NCBI GenBank assembly: GCA_036494725.1
Contig: DASXNX010000116.1
Coordinates: forward strand, 794-64,793
Direction of reading: 5' to 3'
Source: Steroidobacteraceae bacterium
Lineage (GTDB): Bacteria; Pseudomonadota; Gammaproteobacteria; Steroidobacterales; Steroidobacteraceae
DNA: 64,000 bases
Shown in pieces: positions 47,286 to 54,975 of the stretch (its first letter is position 1; the number at the start of each line of letters is the position of its first letter). Both the position numbers and the translations under genes were made by a program. The notes beneath the pieces are model-generated. The model was not told where the DNA came from. It worked only from the letters and a program-made list of their open reading frames with translations, and ran no database searches.

Positions 47286-47299
47286 GCCGGGAAGAATAA

Positions 47300-49783
47300 A
47301 TGAAAAGCTTTGCGGTCGTGCTTATCAGCGTAGCCGCGTTAACAGCAACGGCACTCGCCGCCCCGAATCTGAAATTGAATGATCAGGGCTACTTCTCCGA
47401 GCCCGGACTCAACGTGATGTCGTTCAGTGATTACTATCCGGACGGCCATCAGACCGGGGTCACCATCATTCAGCACGGCGTGCGGATCGCGGCGAACGGC
47501 GACCTGCGGCTCGAGGCCTCGCCAGGCCAATGGTCGCCGATGCCGGCGACCGGACTACGCTCGGTGGACGGGGCGACTCAGACCATTACAGAACACCTGT
47601 CCTTTCCCGATCGGAGCAAGGACCGCACCGGCTTCAATCCAATCGTGTACCCGGATCTTAAGCTCGGATATAGCGTCATCGTCACACCGCTCGAAGGCGA
47701 CAGCTTTCGCATCCGTGTCGATTTGGACCAGCCCCTGCCTGAGAAGTACCTCGGCAAAGTGGGCTTCAATCTCGAGTTGTTCCCCGGGGAACTGTTCGGC
47801 AAGTCCTGGTTGCTCGACGGGCAGTCGGGAATCTTTCCACGGCAAGCCGACGGCCCCATGACGGTTGACGCCGACGGCGAGGCCGTCGCCTCGCCTCTCG
47901 CTCGCGGCAAAAAGCTGGTGGTGGCGCCCGAAAGCGATCGGCAGCGGCTCACCGTTGTCAGCAACACCGGCACTCTGACACTCTCCGACGGACGCGGCAA
48001 TCTCAACAACGCCTGGTTCATCATCCGCGAATTGATCGCTCCAGGCGCAGCCGCCGGCTCGATCGAGTGGACGGTGACGGCCAATGTCATTTCGGGCTGG
48101 CAATACAAACCCGTATTGCAGGTAAGCCAGCTCGGCTATCACTCCCGGCAGCCGAAGCAGGTCGTGATCGAACAGGATCCGACGGACAGCGTTGTTTCAG
48201 AGGTTCATTTATATCGCCTGACTCCCGGCGGCAGACAGGAAGTGAAGAGCGGGATACCGGTTTACTGGGGCCGGTTCTTGCGGTATGCGTATCTGCGCTG
48301 GGATTATTCGGAGATTGTGACGCCCGGTATGTACCAGATTTCTTATCGAGACCAGATCAGCCACACCTTCAAGATCGGCGAGGACGTCTTCGACCGCCAT
48401 GCCTGGCAACCTACACTGGAATATTTCCTGCCCATCCAAATGTGTCACATGCGCGTGGAGGAGAAGTACCGGGTCTGGCACGGCCTCGACCACATCGATG
48501 ATGCCCTCATGGCGCCTGTCAATCTCAACCATTTCGACGGGTATGTGCAGGGCCCCTCGACGCTGACCCGGTACAAGCCGCTGGAACATGTGCCCGGATT
48601 GGACGCCGGGGGCTGGCACGACGCGGGCGACTACGACCTTCGCATAGAAAGCCAGATGGGCACGACCTGGCTGCTCGCAAAAATGATTGAGGAGTTCGGC
48701 CTCGACTATGACGCGACCACCATCGATGAAGAAAAGAAGCTGGTATTGATCCACCAACCCGATGGCAAGAACGACGCCGTGCAGCAGATCGAACATGGGC
48801 TCTTGACCGTGCTCGGGGGATATCACGCGCTTGGCCGTCTCTATCGAGGCGTGCAGGATGCGACGCTGCATCAATACACCCTGCTCGGCGAAGCGGCGAA
48901 CTCGACGGACAATGTGATCGGCAAACCCGTCGATGGCCTGGGGAATTATTTTCAAAGCGTACCCATCCCGGCCGATGACCGGCTGGTATACACGGAGGAC
49001 AATCCCAATCGGGAAATCCTGGTCGCCGGGCAACTCGCCACCGTTGCCCGCGTCATGCGTTCGCGCAATGCGCCGGTGGCGGCGGATGCATTGTCTACGG
49101 CGCGCGCGCTGGCGGAGATCGCGTTTGGCCGAGCCACGGATATCGAAGGCAAAGCCTTGGCAATGGCCGAGCTGTACCGCACCACTGGCGAGCTTCACTA
49201 TATGACGCAACTGATCGCACTCAAGCCGCAGATCGTTTCTCATATCGATCATGCGGGCTGGGCGGTCGCCTCCGTCATCGACAAAGTGACCGACAAGGCG
49301 TTCAAGCGCGATGTGACAGCCGCAGTGTCGGATTACGAACGAGGCCTCGCGGTTCATGCAAAGGCAGATTCACCTTACGGAGTTCCATACAAGCCCGACA
49401 TCTGGGGCGCGGGATGGACGATCCAGGAATTTGGCGTGAAGCAGTGGATGTTGCACCAGGGATGGCCCGATCTGGTGCCGGTCGAGAACTTCGTCAATGC
49501 ACTCAACTTCGATCTAGGCGTGCATCCGGGTGAGAACGACGCCTCGTTCGTGAGCGGCGTGGGCGCTCATTCAGCGACCGTCGCGTACGGCTTCAACCGG
49601 GCAGACTGGACTTACATACCTGGAGGCGTCATCTCCGGCACTGCCCTGATCCGGCCGGATCTGCCGGAGCTTAAAGTTTGGCCTTATTTCTGGCAACAGA
49701 CTGAATATGTTTTGGGTGGCGGCGCGACCAACTACATGTTTCTGGTGCTGGCCGTGAATCAGCTGTACTCGCAGAAGCAATAG
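47300..49783 (+). CDS. Exported GH9-like glycoside hydrolase (paralog 2)
   Basis: Same architecture as paralog 1: VSQLGYHSRQPKQVVIEQDP, GGWHDAGDYD, SFVSGVG...FNRADWTYIPGGVISG...WQQTEYVLGG. Confidence 0.75.
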   Translation: MKSFAVVLISVAALTATALAAPNLKLNDQGYFSEPGLNVMSFSDYYPDGHQTGVTIIQHGVRIAANGDLRLEASPGQWSPMPATGLRSVDGATQTITEHLSFPDRSKDRTGFNPIVYPDLKLGYSVIVTPLEGDSFRIRVDLDQPLPEKYLGKVGFNLELFPGELFGKSWLLDGQSGIFPRQADGPMTVDADGEAVASPLARGKKLVVAPESDRQRLTVVSNTGTLTLSDGRGNLNNAWFIIRELIAPGAAAGSIEWTVTANVISGWQYKPVLQVSQLGYHSRQPKQVVIEQDPTDSVVSEVHLYRLTPGGRQEVKSGIPVYWGRFLRYAYLRWDYSEIVTPGMYQISYRDQISHTFKIGEDVFDRHAWQPTLEYFLPIQMCHMRVEEKYRVWHGLDHIDDALMAPVNLNHFDGYVQGPSTLTRYKPLEHVPGLDAGGWHDAGDYDLRIESQMGTTWLLAKMIEEFGLDYDATTIDEEKKLVLIHQPDGKNDAVQQIEHGLLTVLGGYHALGRLYRGVQDATLHQYTLLGEAANSTDNVIGKPVDGLGNYFQSVPIPADDRLVYTEDNPNREILVAGQLATVARVMRSRNAPVAADALSTARALAEIAFGRATDIEGKALAMAELYRTTGELHYMTQLIALKPQIVSHIDHAGWAVASVIDKVTDKAFKRDVTAAVSDYERGLAVHAKADSPYGVPYKPDIWGAGWTIQEFGVKQWMLHQGWPDLVPVENFVNALNFDLGVHPGENDASFVSGVGAHSATVAYGFNRADWTYIPGGVISGTALIRPDLPELKVWPYFWQQTEYVLGGGATNYMFLVLAVNQLYSQKQ

Positions 49784-49788
49784 GGACC

Positions 49789-49824
49789 CGCGTCGAGGAC
49801 AGTTCGAGCATCGCCCTGATCAAG
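49789..49824 (+). repeat. Right copy of the 36-bp imperfect direct repeat
   Basis: Starts 6 nt after the GH9 paralog 2 stop and overlaps the stop codon of the convergent M50 protease gene. See 44331-44366. Confidence 0.85.
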
Positions 49825-50827
49825 TGCTTCGGCCCGGGGCGATCATCGGCGCCAATGTCATCAGGTAGCCCAGGGCTGCCAACACCAACAAGTAGTAGAG
49901 AGTCACGCCGTGGCTCGGCGCTGCCGGAATGTCCTTGGTAAAGACGCGATATGCCGCGCCGGCCGCCACCAGCAGCAACAAAGGTTGACTGAAGAGAGCA
50001 GCCAGCAGTACCGCGGCGACTGCGAGAATGATGCGCTCGGTCTTGTCCAGCGCGGCGACGGCTCCTCCCCCATCCAACACCCAGACGGGGATCAGGTTGA
50101 GCACGTTGAGCATCGCCGAAAGGCTGGCCAGCGCCGCCCAGATGGCGGTCCCAGTTTTTACCCACAGCAGAGCGCACACCACGGCCGCGAGGCAGCCGGC
50201 GAAAGGTCCGGCGAGACTTACGGCGGCCCGAGTTCGCGTCGAAACGCCCAGTGCGGTCCAACGGACATAGGCGCCAAGTCCCGGAAGAAAAACCGGCATC
50301 TCCGCAGGCAGTCCTCGGCGCTTGATGTCGATGAAATGCCCCATTTCATGCACCAAGATCAGCACCGCAAAACCGATACCAAACTTCATGCCATAGAGCG
50401 CCCAGTAGAAGGCCACGAACGTTCCGAGGCTGAGCAGAAATTTCAGCTTGAAAATCACGACCAGCCATTTGGCGCTGGCGAGCAGAACGAGCATGGGTGC
50501 TGCAAATGGGCCGAATTTCTTGGCCCATACATGGCGAGCCTCCTTCTCCGACACGCTGGTTAACGATGCCTGCAATCGCTGTGCGTTGTCCCGGATCCAC
50601 TGTGCCTGCGCCGAATCGGGCGGCAACAGCTCGAGGGCCTGCACCCACGCTTCGCGCGCTTCGCGAAACTCGTGGTGTTCCTCGTGCAGACGCGCACGGG
50701 CTGCCAGTTGCTCCAGGGTGGATGCGTGCACCAGCGCATGGCAATCGCTGCAAACCAATGCATTCGGCGCGAGAGCGCCCTTGCAGCGAGGACACTCCTG
50801 ATTGAGATCAGGAGGGTGGGAGGCCAT
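49820..50827 (-). CDS. Site-2 protease (M50) family membrane metalloprotease with N-terminal zinc ribbon
   Basis: CPRCKG...CSDCH zinc ribbon. HEMGH in LILVHEMGHFIDIKRRG. Second S2P motif NVLNLIPVWVLDGG. Multiple TM helices. Confidence 0.85.
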   Translation of the reverse strand: MASHPPDLNQECPRCKGALAPNALVCSDCHALVHASTLEQLAARARLHEEHHEFREAREAWVQALELLPPDSAQAQWIRDNAQRLQASLTSVSEKEARHVWAKKFGPFAAPMLVLLASAKWLVVIFKLKFLLSLGTFVAFYWALYGMKFGIGFAVLILVHEMGHFIDIKRRGLPAEMPVFLPGLGAYVRWTALGVSTRTRAAVSLAGPFAGCLAAVVCALLWVKTGTAIWAALASLSAMLNVLNLIPVWVLDGGGAVAALDKTERIILAVAAVLLAALFSQPLLLLVAAGAAYRVFTKDIPAAPSHGVTLYYLLVLAALGYLMTLAPMIAPGRST

Positions 50828-51521
50828 GTGTCGCGGGAGCCGCCTCGCTGATCGGACCCACGATATTGATGGGCTTGGCCGCGGTCATCCTCCAGGCAAT
50901 ACGGATACCGACAAAGAGGATGATGAGGCCGATCACACCTTGCATCGGATTGGAAAGCCCAAGGAAGGGTGATGCGAGCCCGACCATCGTCAGGACGCCC
51001 AGGGCCTTTAGGGCGCCTATCTTGGGCGCAGCAGGAGTTGCGGACTGGCTGGACTGGGTTGCCTGCTGAGCATTCTTCTGTTTCATGTGCTGAGAAATCG
51101 CAATGGGCACCGCCGCCAAGGAAACGGCCATGTAGGTCAGCAATACCGCCGCGATTTGATAGCGCCGGCCGCCGACGCCGCCGGAACCCATGAGGATCGC
51201 CTTGCCGACGATAAAGCCTACGGCAAGCGAGACGATGCCGGCGATCAAACCGGTCGCCAGGGCGAATGCCACGTAGATAGCGAGACCGAGAATGGCCGCA
51301 CCGACTCCGAATAACACGCCGCGCACAAACGCCGCATGCGTGTCCTTCGGTGATTTATCCTTGATTGCCCGTGCGCAAGAGGCACAGACCGGCGCGCCAT
51401 TCACTCGGTACTGAGCGCCAATAATCGGCTTCCCGCACGATTTGCACGCCGCCGCGCCCGATGGACTGGAGTATTCAGCAGTCGCGAACTGCGGCACTCC
51501 GCTGCTGTTCTTATTCTCCAT
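50808..51521 (-). CDS. Zinc-ribbon membrane protein, function unknown
   Basis: CKSCGKPI...CASCA at the N-terminus, followed by about 5 predicted TM helices with a Q/S/T-rich loop. The 3' end overlaps the M50 gene by 20 nt. Confidence 0.7.
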   Translation of the reverse strand: MENKNSSGVPQFATAEYSSPSGAAACKSCGKPIIGAQYRVNGAPVCASCARAIKDKSPKDTHAAFVRGVLFGVGAAILGLAIYVAFALATGLIAGIVSLAVGFIVGKAILMGSGGVGGRRYQIAAVLLTYMAVSLAAVPIAISQHMKQKNAQQATQSSQSATPAAPKIGALKALGVLTMVGLASPFLGLSNPMQGVIGLIILFVGIRIAWRMTAAKPINIVGPISEAAPATHGLPPS

Positions 51522-51573
51522 GCAGGTCAGCGTATCACGACTGACGCAGGCATCAAACGATGGCCGGCAAGTA

Positions 51574-52254
51574 CTACCTCAAACCGTACTTCTTGAGCTC
51601 TTGCTTCGAGATCTGACGCTTGCCGATGGCGTACAGATCGGATGAGCCGTAAAGCTTCATGCACTGCTGCAAATCAACGTGATTGCCCGGCGACACGACT
51701 CGCCGTAGCACGGCGTCATACCAGGACTCGGCCTTCGGTCGCTTGTCGACCTCAACTTCAAACCACACATCCTCAAGACGCAGAAGCAACGTGCGCTGAT
51801 CCACGACGCGCCGGCGGCCCGCAATCTCGCGTTCCTCACGCTTGCAGGTCTCGGCGGGGGCGAGGCGCCAAGAACGGTAATGCTTGTTCAGGCGAATCAA
51901 GCCCGTGCGCGGATCGACGTACAGTTCGCGTTCACGAGATCCAATGTAAGACGTATCCTGGTCTACCGCGATGAAATCGCGGATGTGCTGATGGATGTGT
52001 TGCTGCACGGTACTTCGGCGATCAATACTCGCGCAAATCTCGCTGAATACCTTGTTCCAGGGGCGCCCGACTTGCGCATGCAGGAAACGGCGGAGCGGGC
52101 TCAAATTCTCATTGAGGCTGCGGTATCCGTAGCCCGCGCGCGTTCCAAGACGCAAAGGGCCCTCCAAGTCGTTGCGAAGACGGCGCGCGGCGGCCCCTCC
52201 GCCCTTGCCTCGACGCGGCCGCTCCACAATTACCTTGTACATGTCTTCGCGCAT
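51574..52254 (-). CDS. Conserved-looking Arg-rich hypothetical protein
   Basis: MREDMYKVIVERPRRGKGGG...LNENLSPLRRFLHAQVGRPWNKVFSEI. No domain I can name. ATG 52242 (MYKVIVERPR) is an alternative start. 52 nt upstream of the zinc-ribbon gene. Confidence 0.65.
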   Translation of the reverse strand: MREDMYKVIVERPRRGKGGGAAARRLRNDLEGPLRLGTRAGYGYRSLNENLSPLRRFLHAQVGRPWNKVFSEICASIDRRSTVQQHIHQHIRDFIAVDQDTSYIGSRERELYVDPRTGLIRLNKHYRSWRLAPAETCKREEREIAGRRRVVDQRTLLLRLEDVWFEVEVDKRPKAESWYDAVLRRVVSPGNHVDLQQCMKLYGSSDLYAIGKRQISKQELKKYGLR

Positions 52255-52299
52255 CGCTGCCTGGGCTCAACTTGAGGCGCGCAGAATACATCTGAGTAC

Positions 52300-52368
52300 G
52301 CGTATGTCAACGGAAATGCGTATGGCAATAGCATATATATTGATGCTACTATGCATCAGATTTGATGC
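52300..52368. promoter_or_regulatory. AT-rich divergent promoter region with short direct repeats (candidate VapB operator)
   Basis: GCGTATG twice (52300-52306, 52318-52324). TTGATGC twice (52340-52346, 52362-52368). ATGCAT palindrome at 52351-52356. Lies immediately upstream of vapB (RBS GAGGA). Confidence 0.3.
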
Positions 52369-52383
52369 AAATGAGGACATCCT

Positions 52384-52578
52384 ATGAGGACTACCGTCAC
52401 CATCGATGATGATCTGTATCAGCGGGCCTTGGAGGTCGCGGATCCGGAAATGGACAAGGCCGACTTGTTTCGGGAAGCAATGAAAGTGTTCGTCCGTGTT
52501 CAGGCGGGCAAACGGCTTTCTGCCCTGGGCGGCAAAGCGCCCGGGATGAAACTGATTCCGCGCCGCAAACTCCAATAG
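52384..52578 (+). CDS. vapB: Type II antitoxin, VapB family
   Basis: [18 protein letters not shown]... is a typical VapB-type opening. 64 aa, immediately upstream of a PIN gene. Confidence 0.85.
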   Translation: MRTTVTIDDDLYQRALEVADPEMDKADLFREAMKVFVRVQAGKRLSALGGKAPGMKLIPRRKLQ

Positions 52579-52589
52579 CGCGAGCGCAG

Positions 52590-52973
52590 TTGAATTTCGT
52601 TCTGGTCGACTCATCCGTGTGGGTCGCACACTTTCGCAAGTCGAATCGAGTCTTGCAATCTCTGTTAGCCGCAGATCAAGTTCTGTGTCACCCACTGATC
52701 GTCATAGAAATTGCCTGCGGAACTCCGCCAGCACCGCGGGACCGGACATTGAACAATTTGAGGCAGCTGCGTTCCTCGGCCATCGCAACGATCGACGAAA
52801 CACTGGCGCTGATCGAGCGGAAACGCCTTCAGGATACGGGCTGTGGAGCAGTGGATATCTCGTTGCTTGCCGCAGTTCTGCTGACCTTTAATGCTTGCTT
52901 ATGGACGCTAGACAAGAGTCTTGAGTCCCTGGCTGAGCAGCTCAGTGTTGCCTGGATTGGCGATGGATCCTGA
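52590..52973 (+). CDS. vapC: Type II toxin, PIN-domain ribonuclease VapC
   Basis: PIN acidic residues in LVDSSVW, VIEIACG, AVDISLLA and WTLDKS. TTG start 11 nt after the vapB stop. Confidence 0.85.
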   Translation: MNFVLVDSSVWVAHFRKSNRVLQSLLAADQVLCHPLIVIEIACGTPPAPRDRTLNNLRQLRSSAIATIDETLALIERKRLQDTGCGAVDISLLAAVLLTFNACLWTLDKSLESLAEQLSVAWIGDGS

Positions 52974-52974
52974 G

Positions 52975-53379
52975 CCTCTCTCTTGGCAGCCGCATCGTCA
53001 CCAGCCCGGACGAACGCGGCAATCTTGCGCTCTTGCATCGTATCAGCGTCGATCAAATCATAGATCGCCATATTGGAGCGCGCCGAAGGGTTCCAATCCC
53101 GATATCTCGAATGGACTTGTGCGTCCTAAGCTCGGAAGTTACTCTCCAGATCCTGCCTACTGCGCGGCGTTATATCCAGCGTGTTCGATTCAAACCACGT
53201 TTGGCGGTGTGCGGAGAGGCGCTTTGCATTCCCCTGTGCTGGTTGAAGAGACGGGACACAAGGCTGGATTTTCCAGTGCCGTTGGCACCTAGCACATATA
53301 AAACATCTCCGACACCAAGCGCAAAGGTTGTAGGTGGGCCATCGCCAGTTGGAATATTGAGCTGAAACATATTCGGCAT
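52975..53379 (-). pseudogene. Decayed and truncated P-loop (AAA/ABC-like) ATPase gene
   Basis: The N-terminus MFQLNIPTGDGPPTTFALGVGDVLYVLGANGTGKSSLVSRLFNQH carries a Walker A motif. The reading then continues only after a frameshift (GNAKRLSAHRQTWFESNTLDITPRSRQDLESNFRA), hits a stop, resumes (MAIYDLIDADTMQERKIAAF) and runs into the vapC 3' end. Confidence 0.6.
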
Positions 53380-53393
53380 ATCTCCCTAAAGCT

Positions 53394-54629
53394 CTACAGA
53401 ACCGTCCACCATGGTGCGGCGAGCACATCTGGCGCGAGCCATTCAATCGCGTTACCGGTGTGCAGGAGCAATCCAGCGCGCGCCTTCTTGCCATACTCAG
53501 CGCGGAACGTACGCAAGTGCGCGGCATCGGAAAGTCTCGGACGCGCGGTTGACTTCACTTCGATCGGCAGCAGCTTGCCGCCCGTTTCGATCACGAAATC
53601 CACTTCCTCTCCAATGGAGGTACGCCAATAGCCCAACTCCGCACGCTCGATGCGCGCGTCGCGCCACGCGAGCAGATCGTGCAGCACAAGATTCTCCAAA
53701 TGCGCACCGCCCGGTTCCTCGGCTTCGGCCAAATGCATCGCAATGCCCGTATCGCCCCAATAAATTTTGGGTGTTTTGATTAGACGCTTGGTGCGATTCA
53801 CCGCGTAGGCCGGCAAGCGCACGAGAAGGTAGGAGGTTTCCAGGAGGTTGAGCCAGCGGTGCACGGTGGGCTGTGGCAGCGCCACATCGCGACCGAGTTC
53901 AGTCTGGTTGACGAGCTGGCCCATGCGCAGACAAGCGGCCCGCATAAGACGGCGGAAGTCGGGTAATCCGCTGATCGCCGCTAGGTCCTGCAGATCGCGC
54001 TCCAGATAGCTGCGAACATAGCCGTCGAACCAGATACGTCGATGCGAGGCAGTAGTGAGCTCCAGCGCCGGCGTTGGAAAGCCGCCGTGGCGAGCAAGTA
54101 TGCGCCAGTCTTCGGGGCTGTCTTTCTCATCGCCCAACAGCTCGCGCCACCCGGCATCGGGCGTGGCGAATAAATCTTCCCAGCGGCCACATCGTCCGAG
54201 GCCGCGCTGCTCGCGTCGGGTCATCGGCCAGAGCGTGAGATAACTGGCTCGGCCAGCCAATGATTCCGAGACTTGTCGCATCAGCAGAAGGTTGGCGGAG
54301 CCCGTGAGTAGAAATCGCCCAAGCGTTCGGTCGCGATCTATGGCGCGCTTCACAGCACGCAGCAACTCCGGTTCGCGCTGCACCTCGTCGAGCGTCACAG
54401 GGCCCGGGCCGCCCACAAGCACCTCCGGATCGCGCCGCGCGGCATCGAGCACGTCGAGATCATCGAGGGTGGCGTAGCGCCGCTCTCCAGGGATGAGCTG
54501 TTCGACCAAAGTGCTCTTTCCGGTCTGACGCGCGCCGGTGACGACGACGGCCGGCATAACCCGAATGCGCTCGGAAAGGGCGGCCCCGACTAGCCTGGGA
54601 AGGGTCTTCATGCTATGGATGATAATCAT
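53394..54629 (-). CDS. AAA+ ATPase with DUF4143 domain (COG1373-type)
   Basis: Walker A GARQTGKST, Walker B VTLDEVQ, then the DUF4143-type C-terminus (GGFP...YLERDL...VNQTELGRDV...WRTSIGEEVDFV). ATG 54611 is an alternative start. Confidence 0.85.
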   Translation of the reverse strand: MIIIHSMKTLPRLVGAALSERIRVMPAVVVTGARQTGKSTLVEQLIPGERRYATLDDLDVLDAARRDPEVLVGGPGPVTLDEVQREPELLRAVKRAIDRDRTLGRFLLTGSANLLLMRQVSESLAGRASYLTLWPMTRREQRGLGRCGRWEDLFATPDAGWRELLGDEKDSPEDWRILARHGGFPTPALELTTASHRRIWFDGYVRSYLERDLQDLAAISGLPDFRRLMRAACLRMGQLVNQTELGRDVALPQPTVHRWLNLLETSYLLVRLPAYAVNRTKRLIKTPKIYWGDTGIAMHLAEAEEPGGAHLENLVLHDLLAWRDARIERAELGYWRTSIGEEVDFVIETGGKLLPIEVKSTARPRLSDAAHLRTFRAEYGKKARAGLLLHTGNAIEWLAPDVLAAPWWTVL

Positions 54630-54800
54630 TCACAACATGAGTAATCAAGTGGGATGTTAAATCGGCCCCGCCCTCGGTCAATGAAGCACCCACTGGCTCC
54701 TCGCTCGAGTAGTAATGCATTACCGAGTGAGCACACAAATTCAATTGGTATGTGCGTCCATCGCGTACTTCTTAGCCGTCAACGCTTACGCGGAAGCCCG

Positions 54801-54851
54801 TCTGACGGTAAAATTCAAACGCAGAACGCCGAGAAAAATTTTACCGTCAGA
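54801..54851. repeat. 15-bp perfect inverted repeat with 21-nt spacer, downstream of guaA
   Basis: TCTGACGGTAAAATT (54801-54815) and AATTTTACCGTCAGA (54837-54851). A third partial copy, TTTTCCGTCA, follows. Lies in a low-GC 346-bp spacer. Confidence 0.85.
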
Positions 54852-54975
54852 TTTTCCGTCAAAACGATTCGCTGGGAGGCGATTGATGCGATAGACGTTC
54901 AAGGATGATCTTTTGCATTTCAGTGAGTTAACGCCCGGGAGCCGATAGAAGGCGATAGATCCCGAAAGGCCAAAC

